A stretch of DNA of 63,576 nucleotides, the filler included, from Octopus bimaculoides (taxonomy: Eukaryota), in NCBI RefSeq assembly GCF_001194135.2. It is 7 parts of 7 records of this genome, joined end to end, with 100 filler letters (N's around TTAATTAATTAA, not from the genome) between each part and the next. Parts side by side here need not be neighbours in the genome. Positions count along the whole stretch, not along the records: positions 49,675 to 59,108 come from NC_068990.1; positions 59,209 to 61,467 come from NC_068993.1; positions 61,568 to 63,576 come from NC_068983.1; 4 more parts are not named here. The stretch is one strand, 5' to 3'. The translations under genes were made by a program, and so were the position numbers. Below are positions 54,861 through 63,576 of the stretch, in pieces. The notes beneath the pieces were generated by a model, which worked only from the letters and a program-made list of their open reading frames with translations, made no database searches and was not told where the DNA came from. Position 1 is the stretch's first letter; each line of letters starts with the position of its first letter.

Positions 54861-55033
54861 AGCACCCACTACACTCTCTGAGTGGTTGGCGTTAGGAAGG
54901 GCATCCAGCTGTAAAAACTCTGCCAAATTAGATTGGAGCCTGGTGTTGCCATCCGGTTTCACCAGTCCTCAGTCAAATCGTCCAACCCATGCTAGCATGG
55001 AAGGCGGACGTTAAACGATGATGATGATGATGA
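54860..55033 (+). mobile_element. SINE-like family D (my label), 3' part with (GAT)n tail
   Basis: gtggttggcgttaggaagggcatccagctgtaaaa ... caacccatgctagcatgg ... ttaaacgatgatgat; related copies at 44795-45067 and 55700-55830 (-). Confidence 0.75.
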
Positions 55034-55964
55034 TGTTGTTAGTATCTCAATGCCTAAGCAAAATACACACTAAACTGTCAGTTTTTTTTTTTAGTTTCTG
55101 TCTACAAAACCCACTCACCAGGCTTTGGTTTGCTCAGGGTTTTAGTAGAAGATATTGCTCAAGGTGTCATGTAATGGTTCTGAATCCAAAACCCTTGTGG
55201 TTAGGAGGCTGGCATTTTAACCACATGACCATGCTTACAACTGTTTGTATATGTATGTATCTATGTATGATTAAAAAATATTTTTGGTGAAGTGTTTTGG
55301 CTAAAACGTCAGTTTTCTTTTCAAGGAAAACCATGGTAGTTTATTCTACTGTGTCAGCTTTTTATACTTACTGCTTGTTAGTACTGAACCATTGCTTGTT
55401 TCCAAGGATTCTCCTGTTTTACTTCATTATAAGTGTCCAGTCAGTTCTTTTCATTAGAGCTTGATAGATTTGTGGGTATCTGAGGAGAGAGACAGTTTCT
55501 TTTTCTATCATTAGATTGTATCTATTGATGAGAAAAACTTTAGTTGGGGGCAGCAAAATGACAAAAACAGGGCTGACTCAAGATGCTAGCAACTCAAGAG
55601 TATCACATGCTTGGGGACATCATATCATGTGTTCAGGATATTTCCAAAAGTACAAAGAGGAAAATCTGAAAATACTAAACAGAATATTTTTTATTGTTCG
55701 TCATCATTTTAGTGTCCACTTCTTTGTGTTTGCATGGGTTGAACAAACTTTATTGAGGTAGATTTTTGTACAACTGGATGCTCTTCCCATTGCCAAGTCT
55801 CATCTGTTTCCAAGCAGGATAATATTTCCCTTTGGCCAAACATGCTTTTACCAAATATTGGAAATGAATGACACTGCATTTTCAAAAATCTTAGCCTCAC
55901 TATGAATTTGTAAATTAGAAAATTCGTTATTTTTCTCAGAACATTTAACTTCACAGGTTCTTTA

Positions 55965-56260
55965 TATACCAGGTTATTCAAAAAGAACGAACCAATTTCA
56001 TTATGCAATGTTTTAATAAGAAAAAGTAATAGAAAATACCAGCTAAGTCATAAGTATTTACTTACAATCAACTTTTATTTCCTGTCTTACAAGTTTTCAA
56101 TGTGGCCACCACCTGCAACGTGGGCAACATCAATGCAATAAGAGAATTCCTCCCAGACGCATATTAGCATATCATGATGTACTTGCAGTTTGCCTCTAAT
56201 ACTAAAAAGGTTCCTCGTCCTCACTCTATGTGGTTACTTAACTTGCTAAAGTTGATAACT
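55965..56260 (-). mobile_element. Tc1/mariner-superfamily (maT/Tc3-like) 3' end remnant
   Basis: VWEEFSYCIDVAHVAGGGHIENL* (consensus VWEEL.YR.DVC....G.HIE.L*) plus TIR-like tataccaggttattcaaaaagaa. Confidence 0.7.
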
Positions 56261-57270
56261 AAATTCATGCAAATGGATGAGTACATTGGACATATAGTTT
56301 TAGAGAAAGATGGGAAATGGTGGAGTCATTAGAGCATTGAATAGAATGCTTCATGGTACTTGTTCTGATAATCCTCACTCTGAGAGTTCAGATCCTTTTG
56401 AGGATTAATTATTAAAATAAAAGAAAACTACTAATTCAAAGCAATGAATTAGTGCAACTGTTAGAGGATTAGGTAAGATTCCTTGTAATATCTGTTCTGG
56501 TTCTTTGTGTTCTGACAGTAATGCATGTGATATTTACAATAGATGGAAAAGGCAAGGTATATCTCTGAATCCCCATGGGATAAAAAATGGGGAAAAGGAT
56601 TGATTTGATAGAGGGATAAATATAATAACTAGAATTTAAAGTGAGAAGTGTTTGTTTACATTCTTAAGTATTGGTTTGTCCAGTAGTTCCCAACTTTTTG
56701 TTGCTCAGCGTCATCTTTCACAGAATGGTGTTTTACAACCACCTTATGTTTACATAAGAATAAAGAATAGATTATTTTAATCAAATGGGACCTTTTTTTC
56801 ACAGCACTTTATTATATTTTCTTATATTTATTCCATCTGGGATGTGCTTCTTTTTCTCTATATTTCCTTTGGATGAACATTAGTAGCATGGCGAGAATAG
56901 ATTTGTATTCATGGGTGGCTTTCAGTTTTCTGGAAAAGTTTACCCATTTACAAATGTACAGATCAGATACATTGTCAACCTTCTGTAATGACAGTCATGT
57001 ATATGTATATATATGTGTGTGTGTGATGATGATTTTCATATTTATTCTTAATACATCCTAACATCATTGTAAAAGGGAGAAGTTCTATGACAAACACATT
57101 CAAATCTGCTGAGATATTTTTGCAATAAATATGAAAATCATTGTTTCACATCTCACTGTACATGGTGCAGATATAGATAGATAGACAGACAACAAAAATG
57201 TGATGGCCATACAGTTTTCATTCTTTTTGTAAGTAAATTATTAATTTATTTATATTTACAGATCTTCTCA

Positions 57271-57432
57271 ATGGAGCCACTGTCTCTGAATGTCACCATT
57301 TCTCAAGAGAATGGCCGAAGTATGCTTGCCAATTTTGATGTTGAGAAGAAAATTGGTAAGGGTCAGTTTTCAGAAGTGTACAGGGCCAGATCAAGACCAA
57401 ATGGAAGTGTAGTTGCTTTGAAAAAAGTTCAG
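57271..57432 (+). CDS. NEK7: NIMA-related kinase NEK6/NEK7, first coding exon (exon begins at 57262 after a tttacag acceptor)
   Basis: MEPLSLNVTISQENGRSMLANFDVEKKIGKGQFSEVYRARSRPNGSVVALKKVQ: Gly-loop IGKGQFSEVY and VALKK match NEK6/7; donor cag|gtaaaa. Cannot distinguish NEK6 from NEK7; probably a co-ortholog. Confidence 0.95.
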
Positions 57433-57879
57433 GTAAAACTTCAGAATAGTTTGTCTTGAATTTTTTATTTATTTTTGAAGTTCTATATTTTCTTGCTTTA
57501 TTTCTTATTTGATGTTTATAACAAAAAAGTTCTCTTGTTTGACATTGCTCACCAGTAAGTTCAAACCTCTGACCCAATAAGCATGTTCACTCTCTCTTTC
57601 TTTCTCTTCTTTTTTTTTTACCATAGTGCACTGACCTTTTTCTTAGAGCTGGCTTTTCTCATGTCAACTTTTCTCCAGCACTTCCTTTCCTACTCTCATC
57701 CTCCATATTGTATTTGTCCCTAGGCACCACACTCAGGCTCTTCCATCTCTGTCTCAGCGGACCTGTGAAAGTTATTAGCACAACCCTGTCCTTGAGGGTA
57801 GACTATTAAAAAAAAAGTTGGGGTGTATAATGTTTAATATTGAAAAGCAAACTATGATGATAATTCTTTGTTATTTTAG

Positions 57880-57942
57880 ATTTTTGAAATGGTTGATGCA
57901 AAAGCTCGTCAGGATTGTATAAAAGAAATAGATTTATTAAAG
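57880..57942 (+). CDS. NEK7: NEK6/NEK7, second coding exon
   Basis: ttttag acceptor, aag|gtaaag donor; encodes IFEMVDAKARQDCIKEIDLLK (alphaC helix), near-identical to vertebrate NEK6/7. The next exon (expected QLNHPNVIKY) was not found in the window. Confidence 0.95.
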
Positions 57943-57968
57943 GTAAAGCCTGTTTCCTTTTTCTATTC

Positions 57969-58031
<63 letters not shown>

Positions 58032-58603
58032 CACACAAATATTGTGAAAAATTAAAATAAACACCAGTGTATATCTATATATATATATATATATTAGATC
58101 TCTGTAACAGAATACCATAAAGGGTTCCCCTGATAAGCATCCAATTGTACTTGGAACGTCCAATGCCAACTTGTAGGAATGAAATATTTATACTGGTGTT
58201 TATCTTAATTTTCTCCTACATATACTCTGTATATCATAGCCTGTAACACTACTAAGTCCAGTGGTCGACTAACCACTATACTGGAAGCTGACTAGATAAT
58301 AATAATCTATAAGGAGCTCTAACTCATACAGTAGGTTTTAATTTCTAGACTGGGTGATGCATTGTGTTCTTGAGCAAAAAACTTCATCTCACATTGCTCT
58401 GTTATTACTTCAACACCTCACGTGTGGTACACTGTGCACCTGTTCTGACAACATTGATTTGATGGAGACAGTCAGTTTAATGTGTGGCACAAACATTTGA
58501 TCACTATAAATAAATCATTTGTACAAGTCGTTTGGCAGAAACTGAACACTCATACGTCGTCTTTGACAGGAGAATCCATCATATTTATATATATATATAT
58601 ATA

Positions 58604-59108
58604 CTAGCAGTATAACCCGACCTTGTCCGGGTGTGATTTATTACGCCATCTATGATAAGTCTTGCTAGGTGAAAATCAATTAAAAAAGAAAGCCTTACAA
58701 CGAAAAAACCCTTATGATGTAAATATGTTCATAATTCAAAACACGATGAAATTAATAGGGAAAGTCTGAAGGCTGTTTTGCATAACATTATTAAGCGTGC
58801 GTTGATTTCATCCTTGTAATTGGCTATAGAAATGCTTGTGCAAAACAACTTTTTGTGCTGCCCTGATTATACATAGCACGGTAATCCCTTTTCGCAGGAG
58901 CTAGGACGGCAATTTGTGATGAAGCAATTGCTGGCGATCTGTTGCTACACAGTTTTGCCAGAATTCTATCAGATTGGGCAGATGTTGATGCATCATTTTG
59001 CATTATGTTCAAAGTAGCTTCTGGAATGTGGTGAATTTCTGCAGTTTGTTGCTGTCATTTTAAACCAGTTGCTTTCTTTCCCCAGCAAACTCTCTTCTTT
59101 GGAGGCAT
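58604..59108 (-). mobile_element. Non-autonomous Helitron-like element, 3' terminus
   Basis: Minus strand has a GC hairpin acccggac-aag-gtcgggt, 7 nt, then CTAG followed by T; a MPPKKR-type start lies further upstream on the same strand. Confidence 0.5.
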
Positions 59109-60650
59109 NNNNNNNNNNNNNNNNNNNNNNNNNNNNNNNNNNNNNNNNNNNNTTAATTAATTAANNNNNNNNNNNNNNNNNNNNNNNNNNNNNNNNNNNN
59201 NNNNNNNNATATATTGATGATTTTAAGAAGGAAAGCAATACAGTAAAAGTATTTTCGATGCATATTGTTTGATTGAATGCATAAAAATGGAAACTTGAAA
59301 CTTATTTAAGACGCTTCTACAGAACAAATATTTACTTTACCTTTATGTAAATGCCATTAATAAATAATGGCGAGAATTGTAGAGGCCTTTAACATTGTAT
59401 TTAACATTGTATTTAACATTCGAAAAAGTACAAACTTTATATTTTATATTTTACATGAATTTGAATACGATATGTTAAGATATAAACAAAATGCCAGAAC
59501 AATATGACAGCTTTCTTTCTTTAGCACTTATGTAATCTAACGTCAATTTACATAATATGTTCGACAATATTGATTTCTTTCATAAATCCAAGGCTTAATA
59601 TTACAATTGCGATGTATTGAGAGTGTACATATTCTGATTTTATGATTATTAGAAAATTAGGGAAAGTAAATTGGCATCTGTTATATAAATAACTTAATCC
59701 TATAGCTAACGCAGATCAAATCTCTTAACACGCAGCCGAACCAATATTTAACTGGGGAGTTTCTTCTTCTTATGCAGTTTGTTCCTATCGAAGATTTATT
59801 TGTGTATACCTGTGAACAGATGGAAGGAAGATGAATGCATAATTTGAAAGTTCTGAATATGATGCCCTATAACTAAGGTTAAAATTTGATGTGATTAAAA
59901 TATCAATATATACAAATTAAAAATTACACAATTTTTCAGATCTGTTCCAGTTGGTATACCTCTTAAAGATACCTTCCAAATGAAATACTGTATAAATTCG
60001 GTCAAAAGTAATTTAAGAAACCAAAATTGTTGCTGACTATAATGTGTCCTCATAGACATAAAAAAGTGCTGCAACTTACTTTCAAATATCATTTGCAAGT
60101 AAACCAGATAAAAAGACATTTGGTTAAATGCTATCAGGAATTTAGTTTCATCCCTCGAATTTATGATCCGAAACTTTTCGAGGGGTTACTATATTTCATT
60201 AATCTGGGATTTATTAAATATGGACAAATCTGTTCCTGATAGTTCTTTCGAATGCCACACCTGACGTATACTAGTTAGCGTCGAAATTAGTATCACTCCA
60301 GGTAATATAAAGAATGATAAATCATTATTATTATGACGAACATTGAGGAAGTAAAAGACAGGTGGAAAATAATGCAATCATAATGGCAGAGTGCCAGGAA
60401 AATAACTGAATAAATATGTGATTTATTGAATTCAGCGTGCATTGAATCGTTCAATAATTTTTATTCGTGATTTTGAAGTGGTTATATGTGAAGTGAGGTT
60501 TGTCGTGGACATTTTGAGTTAGTTCTTGTCGAGTACCTTGCAGTTTATCAAGTAGTAGGATATACAGCATTACTATAATTTCATTAGTGCATACTAATTT
60601 AGTTAGCGAGTATTTTATTTTGTGTATTGATGACAATAAGTGTCCACAAA

Positions 60651-61090
60651 GCTTCAGAATCATCCCTAGGATTCTTGCAAAATATAGGCTGGTACTTTTC
60701 TGCAGGACGATAATGTGAGTTGTTTCAAATCCATTTCATTTCAGTCAATTAGTTAGCATTTTGGTTGTTGTGTCAAGTGCACCAACTAATACAGAAATAA
60801 TTGTTTTGTTGGTCTTCTACAGTCTCCTCAGCTCTCTGGCTAGATACTGATATATCTTGAATTTTTCAATTTCTTTGATACCGCTTCTGCTATCATAGTG
60901 AATTGCAAAACCTATGATCTTACACTGATTATTTTGTTTTCTATAATCATATCAGCTCTTTTTACTTGAATGCTATAGTTAATTTTTATAGCGAAATCCC
61001 AAAAGATCTTCTGATTCTCATCTTCTATCACATACTCTGGATCGTTTTAATGCAATCTTTCGATTCCTGTGAAGCCAGTCACTCAGCTAA
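60651..61090 (-). mobile_element. R4/Dong-type RLE fragment in a NEK intron
   Basis: DPEYVIEDENQKIFWDFAIKINYSIQVKRADMII ... KEIEKFKIYQYLARELRRL ... VLVGALD ... LQKSTSLYFARIL. Confidence 0.8.
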
Positions 61091-61188
61091 CATCCCAAAC
61101 CACACGTCTGGTTGTTTTCGTGGTCATCGTTGTTGTTGTTGTTTTTGTTGCTGTTGCTGTTGTTGTTGTTGTTGTTCTTCTTCTTCTT

Positions 61189-61248
<60 letters not shown>

Positions 61249-62860
61249 ATTATTATTATTATTATTATTATTGTTATTATTATTATTTTTATTATTATTA
61301 TTTTTATTATTATTATTATTATTATTGTTCAGTAGTTTTATTTTTATAACGTGCTTTCACTTCACTACCGAGCGCAGCTCTGTGCGCCTTGGGTATGTGC
61401 TGTGGTTTGCTGTGGTGCTTTTATGTTTACTGTATTGAAAGTGTTTTGCGTAGAATGTGTGCAGTACNNNNNNNNNNNNNNNNNNNNNNNNNNNNNNNNN
61501 NNNNNNNNNNNTTAATTAATTAANNNNNNNNNNNNNNNNNNNNNNNNNNNNNNNNNNNNNNNNNNNNATATATATATATATATATATAGGCATATATAGC
61601 GGTGTGTATGTGTATCGAAAAGGATCAGCGGTCCTTACCGAGCAATAATCTTATAAGTCCGGTTTCCAAGTATCTATGGGGTTTATGTCGCTTCAATCTG
61701 AACTGGGCCACTGTCCATCGTGTGATTACTCAGTTTTGTCTGCTGTGTGTAGAGGAACAATATGAAATGAGAATTGTTTTGCGTATGAACACAAGGTTTC
61801 ACCGGTGCGGGAATCGAAATCACAATCTTGCAATTACAAGTGAAACACGCTAACCCACGCATCTCCATGTATTTATGTCTTAATGTATAATATACATAGA
61901 CACGCATATAGGAATTCGTATCTGTATACACATATACAAGCAAGCAAATATAGGAACTGTAAACACACGCAAACGCACATCTGTGCATACATATAGATAA
62001 TATATATATATATATATATATATANNNNNNNNNNNNNNNNNNNNNNNNNNNNNNNNNNNNNNNNNNNNNNNNNNNNNNNNNNNNNNNNNNNNNNNNNNNN
62101 NNNNNNNNNNNNNNNNNNNNNNNNNNNNNNNNNNNNNNNNNNNNNNNNNNNNNNNNNNNNNNNNNNNNNNNNNNNNNNNNNNNNNNNNNNNNNNNNNNNN
62201 NNNNNNNNNNNNNNNNNNNNNNNNNNNNNNNNNNNNNNNNNNNNNNNNNNNNNNNNNNNNNNNNNNNNNNNNNNNNNNNNNNNNNNNNNNNNNNNNNNNN
62301 NNNNNNNNNNNNNNNNNNNNNNNNNNNNNNNNNNNNNNNNNNNNNNNNNNNNNNNNNNNNNNNNNNNNNNNNNNNNNNNNNNNNNNNNNNNNNNNNNNNN
62401 NNNNNNNNNNNNNNNNNNNNNNNNNNNNNNNNNNNNNNNNNNNNNNNNNNNNNNNNNNNNNNNNNNNNNNNNNNNNNNNNNNNNNNNNNNNNNNNNNNNN
62501 NNNNNNNNNNNNNNNNNNNNNNNNNNNNNNNNNNNNNNNNNNNNNNNNNNNNNNNNNNNNNNNNNNNNNNNNNNNNNNNNNNNNNNNNNNNNNNNNNNNN
62601 NNNNNNNNNNNNNNNNNNNNNNNNNNNNNNNNNNNNNNNNNNNNNNNNNNNNNNNNNNNNNNNNNNNNNNNNNNNNNNNNNNNNNNNNNNNNNNNNNNNN
62701 NNNNNNNNNNNNNNNNNNNNNNNNNNNNNNNNNNNNNNNNNNNNNNNNNNNNNNNNNNNNNNNNNNNNNNNNNNNNNNNNNNNNNNNNNNNNNNNNNNNN
62801 NNNNNNNNNNNNNNNNNNNNNNNNNNNNNNNNNNNNNNNNNNNNNNNNNNNNNTATATAT

Positions 62861-62896
<36 letters not shown>

Positions 62897-63508
62897 ATGT
62901 ATGTATATATGTAAGTGTTTTTCTTACTCAGCAGTTATAATTTTCTCAGTGTTTCTAAATGCATGTGATAGAACAATTTCCCCTCACAATCGAAAGCAGC
63001 AGTTTTATTGGCCGTAAATATGATATGTTATACAATAAAAAAAGGAAGTATATTCTGAATGAATACTTCGTCGAAGGATCTTTATGTCATGTCTACTGGA
63101 ATCCAGAAATGATAAATCAATCGGAATGTCCAGTACGTGTGACAGCTGGAAACATGTTCCTAAATACAAGGACACAATTGCCTTCTGCAGTACATACAAA
63201 GAAACAGTCAAAAGTAAGTTTCCACGTACATACAAGCGCGCGCACACACACATGTATGTGTGTGTGCATGTGTGTGTGAGTATACATATATATATATATA
63301 TAAAATTTAGATTCAAGGTAAATATAGTACTTAAGTTTAGGCACCAAATTTAAGTGTGATATTGTCCATACAATTTCAAAATAAGGTGATTAAAATCAAA
63401 ATAAGCAACAAGGATATCTAAAGTTTGGATATCCTTGTCGCTTGTTTTGATATATATATATGCGCGTGTATCTGTGAGAGATAATGTGTATATGTATATG
63501 TGTATGTG

Positions 63509-63550
<42 letters not shown>

Positions 63551-63576
63551 AGTATATGTGTATATATATATATATA

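Larger units (their letters stand above)
53339..56865 (+). repeat. Local direct duplication: 53339-53606 and 56532-56865
   Basis: About 270 bp of high identity; the second copy has 63 extra bases (56601-56663). Confidence 0.9.

Overview
AT-rich animal genomic scaffold, dense in microsatellites and N-gaps. The SINE, microsatellite and intron style suggests an Octopus-type cephalopod, which is an inference and not a search result. Two spliced + strand genes are supported. The first is the last five coding exons (43019-47206) of an NDRG/Ndr-family protein of the C. elegans ZK1073.1 type; I could not find its upstream exons in the preceding 43 kb. The second is the first two coding exons (57271-57942) of a NEK6/NEK7 kinase. 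The rest is intronic or intergenic DNA containing about four tRNA-headed or related SINE families, decayed LINEs (CR1/L2, L1/Tx1, R4/Dong-type RLE), Penelope GIY-YIG remnants, mariner/Tc1, a hAT MITE, a Merlin (IS1595-like) transposase, a Helitron end and two long foldback elements. The best leads are a candidate recursive splice site with a 67-nt RS-exon (28517-28583), long intronic hairpins (possible ADAR substrates), a degenerate hammerhead core, a perfect RFX X-box upstream of NEK, a microsatellite-carrying SINE, and a hairpin-unit minisatellite born inside a SINE. All family assignments come from recalled motifs; no database search was run.
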